Source: Planctomycetota bacterium (lineage in GTDB: Bacteria; Planctomycetota; Planctomycetia; Planctomycetales; Planctomycetaceae). Taken from it: a DNA stretch of 49,298 nucleotides. The notes under the pieces are model-generated. The model was not told where the DNA came from. It saw only the letters and a list, made by a program, of their open reading frames with translations, and made no database searches. Position numbers and translations under genes: made by a program. Of the stretch, positions 18,100 through 28,100 are shown in pieces. Location of the stretch: NCBI GenBank assembly GCA_024277145.1, contig JAJRVU010000275.1, positions 1 to 49,298 of the forward strand. The letters are read 5' to 3'. Numbering within the stretch: the stretch's first letter is position 1; every line of letters begins with the position of its first letter.

Positions 18100-19581
18100 T
18101 TAGCTACTGAGTTCTTCCAAAGCGGATTCACATTCTTCCAGTCGAGATTCGATATCTTCACAAGAATCCATAGATTCTGAAAAGAAGGTGGAATCAATTT
18201 CGACTTTATTCAGGCCATCAAATGCAGCGACTTTGTAACATTCTGCCATCGTAGGATAGTTGAAGACAGTATCACGGAAGTAATCAATTGTCCCTTTCAT
18301 GGCCATCACTGCTTGCCCGATGTGAATAATTTCAGTTGCGGTTTCGCCAATGCAATGAACTCCAAGTAATTCTCTTGTTTCGCGATGGAAAAGAATTTTC
18401 AGTAATCCGGTATGGTCACCGATGATCTGTCCTTTTGCAATTTCCCGAAAATGGGCTATTCCCATTTCATAAGGAATTTTTTCTTTCGTTAATTCTTCTT
18501 CATTCAACCCCACCATGGAAATTTCAGGGATAGTAAAGAGTCCGTAAGGCATTTCACCACAATGTTTGAAGGGTTGGTTAAACATGCCGCAAACTGCTCG
18601 CCTGCCCTGCTCCATGGAAACAGAAGCGAGAGCTGGAAAGCCGACGATGTCTCCGACGCCATAAATATGGCCGACCCTTGTTTTATGATTTTCATCACAC
18701 CAGAGCCGTCCTCGTTTGTCTCGTTCAAGTCCTGCAGCTTCCAGATTCAGATGTTCTGTATCGCCAACTCGACCGACTGTGAATAAAGCTGTTTCGCTGA
18801 TCAATCGTTTTCCACTTTCCAGGTGAACGACAACAAAGTCTCTTGGCATGTGTTCAATTCCGACAACTTCTTCACCCAGTCTGAAGACCATTCCCAAAGC
18901 TCTGCAGTGAAAAAGCAGAGCGTCGATAATTTCACGATCACAGAATTCAAGAAGACGCTCCCGTCCATCAACAACGGTCACACGTACTCCAAGGATGGCA
19001 TACATGATTGCGTACTCAATACCAATCACTCCTCCGCCGATGACCGTCATGGACCGGGGAATTTCATCCAGCTTCAGAATTTCGTCTGAATCAAATATAT
19101 TTTTTCCATCAAAAGGAATATGATCTGGTCGGTTTGGCTTTGTTCCACAACCTAACAGAATATGTTCGCCTTCAAGAACCTGTTTGGAATCCTTATTCTC
19201 GACAATAATTTCATGAGGACTTTTGAAAGATGCATTTCCTTCAAATAAATCGACGCCATTTCTTAGTAACTGATCCTGAATCACATCCAGTTCCAATTGT
19301 GTGACATGCGCAATCTTATGCCTGAGATCGTCCATCGTGATATCCCGTTTGTGTCGGTATTGATCACTGTAGACATCTCGCTGCCTGTAACCTGTCAAAT
19401 GGAGTATTGCTTCCCGCATGGTTTTTGACGGAATGGTTCCGGTGTGAAGGCAAACGCCGCCAACGGTTTCCATTTCGCGTTCGACAAGGGCCACTTTTTT
19501 TCCCATTTTGGAAGCTGCAATAGCGCCTTTTTGTCCTGCAGGCCCGCTTCCAATAACAATAAGGTCGTATTTCATTTTCAT
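18100..19581 (-). CDS. sthA: soluble pyridine nucleotide transhydrogenase-like flavoprotein disulfide reductase
   Basis: It has the FAD motif DLIVIGSGPAG and a single-Cys GGVCLHTGTIPSK motif, SthA-like rather than the CxxxxC of Lpd. The track start at 19665 adds 28 residues before MKMKYD, so the likely start is 19581 or 19575. The C-terminus carries an acidic ~30-aa extension. Confidence 0.75.
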   Translation of the reverse strand: MKMKYDLIVIGSGPAGQKGAIAASKMGKKVALVEREMETVGGVCLHTGTIPSKTMREAILHLTGYRQRDVYSDQYRHKRDITMDDLRHKIAHVTQLELDVIQDQLLRNGVDLFEGNASFKSPHEIIVENKDSKQVLEGEHILLGCGTKPNRPDHIPFDGKNIFDSDEILKLDEIPRSMTVIGGGVIGIEYAIMYAILGVRVTVVDGRERLLEFCDREIIDALLFHCRALGMVFRLGEEVVGIEHMPRDFVVVHLESGKRLISETALFTVGRVGDTEHLNLEAAGLERDKRGRLWCDENHKTRVGHIYGVGDIVGFPALASVSMEQGRRAVCGMFNQPFKHCGEMPYGLFTIPEISMVGLNEEELTKEKIPYEMGIAHFREIAKGQIIGDHTGLLKILFHRETRELLGVHCIGETATEIIHIGQAVMAMKGTIDYFRDTVFNYPTMAECYKVAAFDGLNKVEIDSTFFSESMDSCEDIESRLEECESALEELSS

Positions 19582-20183
19582 TCTCGTGATGTTTTTAAAG
19601 GATGAGTATTGGCGTTTAAAAGCTGGAATCATTCTTAACGAAGTCGTATCAGAAACATCGACCAAATGAGAATTTGGAGAGCAGGCGAAATATAGTCTAT
19701 TTGCTTAATTTGGTTAAAACTGGTCCTGTTTGAGGATTTTAACGATTATGCAGGTGAGAAATCGCTATTGTGAACGAATAGATAGCCAGAATTGGCTTTC
19801 AAAACATTCTATTTCACTGATTCGGGAAATGAGAACGTCTTCAATCACGTACAGGTTCAGTCGCGTACAGGCCAGAATTTAAAATATTCTTGTTATTCCG
19901 ATTAAACCGATCATATGTTCATTAATCGCAACGTTTTTCCATTGAAAATCCCACATTTCTGGAAACCTGAAATAGAGTTAAGTAATCCATTTTGATCCGT
20001 CAACCTGTAACTTTTTTGATCTGAATTGAGTTCAATTGCGTTATCAAGCTCAGAGACGGGAATAAACAGAACATAAATGACCACCATTTCTATTGAGAAA
20101 TGTTTTTTGATAAGTGATTCAAAAAAAGTAAGTGATCTTAAATAAACGGTCCTCAATTACTTCCAGGATAGGAACCTATTGAT

Positions 20184-21818
20184 ATGTCTAACGACCAGAA
20201 TTTTCCAAGCCGTAGACCATACAGACGTAAACCAGGCAATGTGGGACCAGATTGGCTCAGCGGTCTTTTCCAATTTGGTGCTTTTTCTTTTATTGTCGTG
20301 GGTCTTGCCATCGCTGCGATTTCATGGGTTGGTTTAAACCAGTTCCGAATCAATGTCGATCCGGGAGAAATCGCAATCATCATGAATAAAGTCGGGAAGC
20401 CGATTACGAATGATAATGAAGTTGCCCCTGGTCCGGATTATCAGGGAATTCAAAAAGAATACTTGAATGAAGGTGTGAAATTCGTCAATCCATATACAAC
20501 AAGTTGGAAAGTAATTTCCCAGGAAGTCATTGACAAGGGTGAAATGGGGATTCGAATCAGCCTGACAGGAGACGACCTGCCTTACGGTGAATTTATTGCC
20601 AAAGTTGATAAAAATGGAGATCCAATATCAAAAGGGATCATGCCTGGCGTACTCCGAGCAGGACGATATCCGATTCACCCCTATCTTTATAAATTATTGC
20701 GTTCCAAACCAATTACTGTCCCAACCGGTTTCCGGGGAGTGGTGACCAATCTCTCTGGACCAATCTCAAAAAGTCCAAATACATTACTGGCTGAAGTGGG
20801 CTTCAGAGGGGTTCAGGAAAAAGCAGAAACGGAAGGAACCTATTATTATAACCCATACGAAAAACAGATCAGCCTGGTTGATTGCAGGAGTCAGCGATTC
20901 AATCTCTCAGAAAATAAAGACATGGGGTTCCCTTCCCGTGATGGTTTCTGGATCAGCCTTGATGGCGTGATTGAATTCCGCGTGATTCCAGAAAAAGCAG
21001 CTGAAGTTTTTGTGACATATAACGATGTCGATAACGGACTTCGTATTGATGATGAAATTATTCGAAAAGTGATTATGCCTAATGCTCGTAGTTTCTGCAG
21101 GATTGAAGGTTCCAATAAATTGGGGCGTGATTTCATTCAGGGAGTCACAAGAAAAGAATTCCAGGAAAAATTCCAGGCTGAGATGCGAGAAAAGTGCGAT
21201 GATCTGGGAATCCAGATTATCCAGGCAGTGATCACCAAAATTTATCCTCCACAAAAGATTGCTGCCCCTATTCGTGAACGAGAAATTGCGAAGCAGGAAC
21301 AAAAGCAATACTTAAGCCAGATTGAACAGGAGCTGTCTGAAAAAGAGCATGCGATTGTTGAAAAACTGGCAGAGCAGAAATCCTTACTGGTTCAAATGGA
21401 ACAGGAAGTTGTAAAAATTCGGAATGTCGCTAAGCGAGAACAGAAAATTGAAATCACCAAAGCGAATCAGCAATTCGAAGTGGCGAAACTGAAACTGGAA
21501 GCTGCAGAGAATGAAGCTGCTGCCATCCTGTCTCGTGGAAAAGCGATTGCTGAAGTGATTAAACTAAAAAATCAGGCTGAAGCAGCAGGTTGGAAAGAAG
21601 CAGTAGCTGCATTTGAAGGTAATGGGCAGGAATATGCCCAATTTGTTCTCTACAAGAAAATGGCTTCTGCTTATCAGAATATCATGATCAACACTGCCAA
21701 CAGCCCAATCATGAAAATATTTGATTCCTTCACAGCAGATTTGGAGAATCCTCAATCCAAAAAAAGTTCAGTCGATAATTCGACGACCAAGAACAAAGAT
21801 TCTGATCCTGCGAATTAA
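20184..21818 (+). CDS. SPFH/band-7 (flotillin-like) domain membrane protein
   Basis: 544 aa. It has an N-terminal TM helix, a beta-rich region, an SPFH core (..GIQIIQAVITKIYPPQKIAAPIRERE..) and a long coiled coil rich in E/K/A/Q. Confidence 0.75.
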   Translation: MSNDQNFPSRRPYRRKPGNVGPDWLSGLFQFGAFSFIVVGLAIAAISWVGLNQFRINVDPGEIAIIMNKVGKPITNDNEVAPGPDYQGIQKEYLNEGVKFVNPYTTSWKVISQEVIDKGEMGIRISLTGDDLPYGEFIAKVDKNGDPISKGIMPGVLRAGRYPIHPYLYKLLRSKPITVPTGFRGVVTNLSGPISKSPNTLLAEVGFRGVQEKAETEGTYYYNPYEKQISLVDCRSQRFNLSENKDMGFPSRDGFWISLDGVIEFRVIPEKAAEVFVTYNDVDNGLRIDDEIIRKVIMPNARSFCRIEGSNKLGRDFIQGVTRKEFQEKFQAEMREKCDDLGIQIIQAVITKIYPPQKIAAPIREREIAKQEQKQYLSQIEQELSEKEHAIVEKLAEQKSLLVQMEQEVVKIRNVAKREQKIEITKANQQFEVAKLKLEAAENEAAAILSRGKAIAEVIKLKNQAEAAGWKEAVAAFEGNGQEYAQFVLYKKMASAYQNIMINTANSPIMKIFDSFTADLENPQSKKSSVDNSTTKNKDSDPAN

Positions 21819-21898
21819 CAGACATCTGAAATTCGTTATTCAAACAAGTATTAAAAAATAATTCCAAACTAACAATCTCCGACTGGAGCTAATAAAAA

Positions 21899-22675
21899 AT
21901 GTCGACTTCAATAAAATCAAAAATGGGTGAAAAACTGATCGTCTCCGGAATACTGGTTGCAATTTTACTTGCTATCGGCTGGGTCTGCATCGAATGGGGT
22001 TACAACCGTGTTTATGTTTATGAAGGAACCAGCGTTCAACTCACCTATCGTGGTCCTAATATTCCAATCTTCGTTGGAAACCTGCCGAATGCAGGGCAAA
22101 ATTTTGCCGAAGTTGACAAAGATGGTTCCCCTCTTCAAAAAGGTGTGCTTGAACATATGTTGGGGCCGGGAAGACATTTTTACTGCCCGATCTGGTGGAA
22201 AACAAAAATCATTGATGACTACGTGATTAACGAAGGCGAAGTCGGCATTGTTGAAAGTTTAATGGGGAAAGAACTTCCTCCCGGCGAGTTCCTCGTTGAT
22301 GGTGATATAGGAACGACTGATTCCAAAGGAATTCTCCGAAAAGTCCTGATTCCGGGAAGGTATCGTATCAATACCTTTGGCTATAAAGTTGAAGTGATCA
22401 AAAAGGGAATTTTGAAATCTGGTGATCAGGAAAAACATGTTGGCTGGGTTACTATTCCAACCGGATATGTGGGAGTCGTTACAAATCTTTCTGCAAACCC
22501 TATTACAAAAGTGACCAAAGGTGTTCAGAAGAATGTTCTGTCACCGGGAATTTATCCTGTTAATCCAAATGAGCAGCATATTGATATTGTTGAAATTGGA
22601 TACCGCGAGCACAGCATTAAAGCCAGCCTGGTTATCGATAAAAATGGTCAACTCAAACTGGATGAAAGTGGCTAA
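21899..22675 (+). CDS. SPFH paralog, N-terminal part (TM plus beta-rich domain), ending at an in-frame TAA
   Basis: 258 aa collinear with residues ~1-235 of the 20184 gene (GEVGIVESLMGKELPPGEF versus GEMGIRISLTGDDLPYGEF). The 22739 ORF lies in the same reading frame. Confidence 0.65.
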   Translation: MSTSIKSKMGEKLIVSGILVAILLAIGWVCIEWGYNRVYVYEGTSVQLTYRGPNIPIFVGNLPNAGQNFAEVDKDGSPLQKGVLEHMLGPGRHFYCPIWWKTKIIDDYVINEGEVGIVESLMGKELPPGEFLVDGDIGTTDSKGILRKVLIPGRYRINTFGYKVEVIKKGILKSGDQEKHVGWVTIPTGYVGVVTNLSANPITKVTKGVQKNVLSPGIYPVNPNEQHIDIVEIGYREHSIKASLVIDKNGQLKLDESG

Positions 22676-22738
22676 CCGATTCCCATTCCTGATGAGGCAG
22701 GGATTGCTTTTCCATCGAATGATGCATTTGATATTTCA

Positions 22739-23593
22739 ATGGACTTCACTGCAGTTTGGGGAATCCTTCCTGAAAATGCACCAAATTTAATTAGCGAATT
22801 TGGAAATATTGAAGCAGTTGAAAACAAAGTTGTGCTCCCTCAAATTAAAAGTATCTGTATTAATCTCGGTTCTGCATTAGGAGCAGAAGAGCTTCTTGTG
22901 GGAGAGTCCCGAAAGAAATTCCAGGAAGATATTTCCAGTAGTTTTAAAGCAGTCCTGAAAGAAAAAAACATATCGCTGCTTTATGGTCTTGTTCGCCATA
23001 TTTATATCCCACAAACCGTGCGAACACCGATCCAGAATAAATCGATTGCGGATGAAGTCAAACTCACGATTAACGAAAAAATCATAACCAAAGAAAAAGA
23101 AGGTGATTTGAATAAAGCGAAAGCAGATGTCCTTCTTGCAGCCGAAGAAGTGTCAGCAGAATCTGAAGTGAAGGTTGCAGAAATCAAAGCAAATGGCGAG
23201 AAAGAAGCGGAAGAAATTCGCGCACAGACTATTAAAATGATTGCTGAAGTTGATAAAGACATCGCTGAACTGGAAGCCAAAGCAACCATTCTTTTAGGAC
23301 AGGCTGAAGCTGAAACAGAAAAAATGGCCCAGGAAGCAAAAGCGGGACGGTTCAAACTGGCTGTGGAAGCATTTGGTTCCGGGCATGCATTTAATCAATG
23401 GGTTTTTGCAGAAGGTCTGCCTGAAGATATCAAGCTGAATATGCTTTACGCAGGTGAAGGAACATTCTGGACCGACTTAAACAAGTTTTCGGATGTTATT
23501 TTGGGACGTCAGATGCAACAGCAGATGAACTTGAACAAAAAAGGGAAACGTTCTTCAACCCCTTCTAATTTCCTGAATCGTGCGAAGAAATAA
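22739..23593 (+). CDS. SPFH paralog, C-terminal part (SPFH core plus coiled coil)
   Basis: 284 aa collinear with residues ~250-544 of the 20184 gene. Similarity to that gene continues upstream of this ATG through the TAA at 22673-22675. Confidence 0.65.
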   Translation: MDFTAVWGILPENAPNLISEFGNIEAVENKVVLPQIKSICINLGSALGAEELLVGESRKKFQEDISSSFKAVLKEKNISLLYGLVRHIYIPQTVRTPIQNKSIADEVKLTINEKIITKEKEGDLNKAKADVLLAAEEVSAESEVKVAEIKANGEKEAEEIRAQTIKMIAEVDKDIAELEAKATILLGQAEAETEKMAQEAKAGRFKLAVEAFGSGHAFNQWVFAEGLPEDIKLNMLYAGEGTFWTDLNKFSDVILGRQMQQQMNLNKKGKRSSTPSNFLNRAKK

Positions 23594-23689
23594 AAGAATC
23601 ATCACGCGGAGATCGCCAAACCGCAGATGTTTAAAAAAGGGAATATTTTAACACGAAGACAGAAAGGGCGCTATATTTTGTTGAACACT

Positions 23690-23761
23690 CAAGGGGTGGC
23701 CTGACCAACTTGTTGGTTGGGTGCCGAAGGCACAGGAAGCCTTACCTTTATCGTTCAATGT
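23690..23761 (+). repeat. ~72-nt intergenic repeat element, copy B
   Basis: It lies 96 nt after the stop of the SPFH C-part ORF and is co-oriented with it. It is nearly identical to copies A and C. Confidence 0.85.
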
Positions 23762-23777
23762 TTGTCAAAGGTTATCT

Positions 23778-24053
23778 TTATTTTTCAGGGTTTGCGAAGA
23801 GTTCCAATCGACCACAATTCACGCAGCGGAATCCCTTTACCCTTAGCTGACTCTTTGCAGGCCACGAGAAAAAAGATACAGAGAACCTACCTTCTCGCCA
23901 AGATAAAGGCGTTCCATAACCGGGTAAATAGCCTTCTTCCAGTTCGCCATCGCAACGGAGGCATTTCAGTTCTGAGGGTTGACTACCCATTTCTTTGATA
24001 ACTGAGGGATCCATAATTCTTTTCTTCGCGCGTAAAAGGACTCGCACATCCAA
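23778..24053 (-). CDS. small zinc-ribbon protein (hypothetical)
   Basis: It has CLRCDGE...CVNCG, a pair of CxxC motifs. The track start at 24053 is a TTG; an in-frame ATG at 24014 would give 78 aa. Confidence 0.4.
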   Translation of the reverse strand: MDVRVLLRAKKRIMDPSVIKEMGSQPSELKCLRCDGELEEGYLPGYGTPLSWREGRFSVSFFSWPAKSQLRVKGFRCVNCGRLELFANPEK

Positions 24054-24101
24054 ATGGACATGCGAGTTTTAAATAATAATCAAGCTTAGAACGTCTCATA
24101 T

Positions 24102-24124
24102 CTGGTCTGCACAGCAGACACTAC
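24102..24124 (-). repeat. GTAGTGTCTGC-N3-GCAGACCAG palindromic repeat, copy 3
   Basis: CTGGTCTGCACAGCAGACACTAC, ~40 nt after the BI-1 stop on the minus strand. Confidence 0.7.
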
Positions 24125-24162
24125 AGAAGTCGAATATGCGAGTCTTGAATAATAAATCAGGC

Positions 24163-24912
24163 CTAGTCTCTGCTGCTGAGTTTGGAGAGCAATCGAAGGA
24201 TTTCAAGGTAAAGCCAGACCAATGTGACCATTAATGCAAATGCGCCGTACCATTCCATTGCTTTAGGTGCTCGCATTTCTGCTCCCCGTTCGATCAGATC
24301 AAAATTGATAATCAGATTGAGGGAGGCAATAATGACGACAGCTACACTGAAGCCAATTCCAATCCAACTCGATCCATGAATGTAGGGAATACTCATGCTG
24401 AAAAACATGTTCAAAACAATCGAAACCATATAGACAAGGAAGATGGCCCCCGTTGCTGCAAAGACACCTGCTTTGAATTTTTCTGTTGCTTTAATCCAGC
24501 CGGACTGATACGCCAGAAGCATCATGAAAAGCACACCTAAAGTTAAAGAGACAGCCTGAACAACAATGCCTTCGAATTGAGCATTATAGTAACTGGAAAT
24601 AGCTCCGAGAAACAGACCTTCCGCCAATGCATAAAGTGGTGCAGTGAATGGTGACCAGAAAGGTTTAAAGCTTGTTACAATCGCCAGAATGAACCCTGCA
24701 ATTGCGCCTCCCCAAACCCAGACCATTGCCTGTCCCGGATTACCATTGGCAATTGCTTGAGAAGCAACACTCCAACTCAAGCTGCCGGTACAAAGCAGAA
24801 GGAATAGCAAGACCATTGTTTTTCTTGCAGTCCCCTTGATTGTCATGTGTTCGGTGGCTTCAAAGGTTTGGTATTTATCAAACGTTTTTTCAGATAAGAC
24901 TGGGCTACTCAT
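24163..24912 (-). CDS. Bax inhibitor-1/YccA family membrane protein
   Basis: 249 aa with 7 predicted TM helices and a BI-1-like C-terminal charged tail. ATG at 24912. Confidence 0.75.
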   Translation of the reverse strand: MSSPVLSEKTFDKYQTFEATEHMTIKGTARKTMVLLFLLLCTGSLSWSVASQAIANGNPGQAMVWVWGGAIAGFILAIVTSFKPFWSPFTAPLYALAEGLFLGAISSYYNAQFEGIVVQAVSLTLGVLFMMLLAYQSGWIKATEKFKAGVFAATGAIFLVYMVSIVLNMFFSMSIPYIHGSSWIGIGFSVAVVIIASLNLIINFDLIERGAEMRAPKAMEWYGAFALMVTLVWLYLEILRLLSKLSSRD

Positions 24913-25154
24913 AACTTCTGGAATTCTCCGGTTTCGGGAAGAATGGAATCGTCAACAAACCTTGACAAATATTCAGGTTTCATACATTCACAAGGATATC
25001 GACCAAAATCGTGATATGCAAGATAATTTGCGGTACAAAAAAGGTTTCGCTTCAAAAGAAAACAGGCATGATTCCACGTAAAACAGTGCCATATTACGAC
25101 TAGACGATAATAATAGCAGCAATAATCTGGGGCACGACGGCAGCAGACCAAGCA

Positions 25155-28100
25155 TTATTTGCTTTCTGTTTTTTGAGTCTGCTTGGTAAGGAACTCTATC
25201 AGGTCGAGGAACTCAGCGGGAGCAATGGTCTTCACCAATCCTTCCGGCATAGAACTTGCCTTCATGTCCTTCCTTTCATCAATGGAATCTTTGGCAATGA
25301 CAATTTTTTTTCCTTTACCGTCATCAGTAGCGACTCCCAGCGTGATCTCCTTGTCATTTTGTTCCAGAATAAATCCGGTGAGAGATTTCCCTTCGTCGGT
25401 AACAATGAGGACAGTTTCAAAGCCTTTGGAAATTTCTTCATTGGGCCACAGGACATTTTTAATAATTTGCTCTTTGTTGAAACGGGTTCCGACCCCATCA
25501 AGTTTTGGTCCGAAAGGTTTTCCTTTGGTTCCAAGCTGATGGCAGGCAGAACAAACACGTTCGTATACAACAACGCCCTTCTCCGCTTTACCTCCCCTGA
25601 TTTTAGCAAGAGTGCGGATTGCATTTTGCTTCTGATAACCCGAACGGCTTGAACTCTGAGCAATCTTTAACGGTTTCACCGCTGCTCCTCCCGGACCAGA
25701 AGCGAGGACATAGGTTTTGTAGTAATCTTTGGCAGCTGCAGAAGAATTCGCGAGAAATATCTCTTTTTTCTCAATGGACTCGACAACCGGTTTCAAGGCG
25801 TGAAGTGTGTGTTCCATCGTGTATTCCAACCAGTAATCCATAGGCTTTTCAATCACCTGCAAAGCGATTTCAAGAGCCTCGTGCGTTTGTACAAAACTGA
25901 GGCCACGTAATGCTTCTAGCCGAACTCTAGGGTGTTCATCCTTAATGGCTAGCTTGAAGACATTCAATGCGTCTTTATAACGAATGATCTCATTTGTAAC
26001 TGTATGCACGGCAGCAGAGCGAGCGTGGAAATCTGCAGATTTCATAATTTGGAAAACAAGGGCCGGGTCGACATCACGGAAGCTTTCCTGTATCCATAAC
26101 GCTTCGCATAATTTTTCGGGTGAGGCATCATCGCCAATCCATTTGTTAATTGCAGCGAGGACTTCATCTTTATTACGTGTTCTCAATTCACGTCGAGCAC
26201 GGTAACGCGTTCTTAACTCGTAAGCAGTGAGTTGATCCAGAAGTATTTCAATAGATTGACCAGCCTGCAAAACAGGTTTCAGAAGCGGTTTTTTCGTGTT
26301 GACAAGCCGATAAACGCGGCCATGTTCGTGATCGCGGTTTGGGTCACGTTGCGAATATTGCATGTGACCAATTAAAGCATTACACCAGTCACCAAACCAC
26401 ATGGCACCATCAGGACCAATTTGTGGATCAACCGGACGGAAAAAGTTGTCCGTGGAACTGAGCAAATCCTCGACACGCTTTCCGGAAAATCCTGCTGTCC
26501 CTTTTTCGTCTCCTAAGTCAAACAGAGGCATACCATGCATATTGATCACACAGGCGTAAGTAAATTGTCCCTGAAATTTGTCCGGGAAATGTCGGCTATA
26601 CAAAAATTCGTTACCAACTGCGGGACGCATGCCTTCGTTGTTGAAGTTCGGTTGAAGAGTTCTACGACGTGAAACGGCATAACCAGACAAGGGACTTGTC
26701 CAATGTTGCTGGGCGTTGGTCCCATCACCGACGACTCCCATGCCCCATTTGTCGAAGACCATACACCAGGGATTTCCATAACCAGGAGTCCGGAAGTGAC
26801 GGAATCGCCATGATTTCGGATCCAGAACATACCCGCCGGAAGGACCTTTCATGCGGAAGGGTCCCCAAGGGGTTTCGAGGGTTGTTGACATGGCAACTCC
26901 TTCGAGCATGTGTAGCAATCCGCCGTGTGACCATTCCCAGGCACCCATAGCATGGTGAGTGTCATCGGTAGCGATCCCATCAACCACCTGCGTAATTTTA
27001 TCTGCTTTATCATCGCCATTTGTATCTTGCAGGAACAGAATTCTTGGTTCATCCACAACCAACACACCATCTTCATAGAATTCAAAACCGGTCGGGCAGA
27101 TCAGTTTGTCGTAGAATGTTTTACAAACATCCGCTTTGCCATCACCATTTGTGTCTTCAAAAATGAGCAATTTATCACCAGGCTTTGCTGAACCAGGCAG
27201 CCACTGCGGATAATTGACCATGCAGGAAACCCAGAGCCGACCTTTGCTATCGAACGTCATCTGGTTTGGGTTTGCCAATTCAGGAAATTCACGTTCTGAA
27301 GCAAACAGTTCGACCTTAAACCCTTCGGGGACTTTCATCTGTGCGATGGATTCTTCGGGAGTGGGATATTTGAGAGTCTTTGGTTCCCGCATTTTGCGAA
27401 AATTGTCGTTTCGTGTGCCGAACATTGTTTTGGGAATAAAAACTTCACCTGTTTTGGAATCATCCGGTTGTGAAGGGACGGCTTTGCCACCTGCCAGATC
27501 CCAGATGTACTGATCGCGAACGGCGACCATTTTGCGAATCTTTTGATACTCACCCGGAAAGGTTTCCGTATCCCAGGTTCGTCGGCCACCATAAACATAC
27601 CAGCCATTGAGCATTCGGTAGTCTTGCAAATGGAACCATGACTTATCGTTAACCACTTTTCGCAAGCGTTTAAATAAATCGGAATCCTGATTCATGGGTG
27701 AAGACTTTGGAAAGAGTTCTTTTTCCAAGCTATTGGCGATCAACTGGTCCCCTGCCTCATTGGCGTGGATACCATTGATCGTGTATTGCAAACCGGGTTG
27801 TTTTGCATATTCTTCCATCGTGGGTGTCAGAATGTCGATGTAAGGAACATTGATTTTTGTTGCCAACTCTTTGATGGCAGAAGAATACTTTTTCAGGGCT
27901 GCATTGTTTGCTCGACCATCTGGAAGCAGCTCGGAATCGGTTGCTTCAAAGGCCATCGGGCTGACCAGGATGAACCGTGCTTCACGGTCCTTTTTCGAAT
28001 ATTTCTCCCCGTACTTTTCAATCCATAATTTGTACTTGTCCTGGAACGATTTAATCGCTGCAGGAGTTACTCCGGCAAAATGTTCGTTGAAACCGAAAAA

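Noticed and set aside
19911-20156. 81-aa minus-strand ORF in the sthA/SPFH divergent intergenic region
   Set aside because: It has no homology signal and its composition resembles non-coding sequence. The region is more likely promoter space.
22521-22790. 89-aa ORF bridging the gap between the two SPFH-paralog parts
   Set aside because: It is in a different frame from the flanking conserved reading frame and has low-complexity composition. The real signal is the in-frame TAA.
12591-24124. A CRISPR array, considered as an explanation for the repeated short sequences
   Set aside because: There are only three copies, separated by 5-6 kb, in mixed orientations and with no regular spacing and no cas genes. 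They are dispersed repeats, not a CRISPR array.
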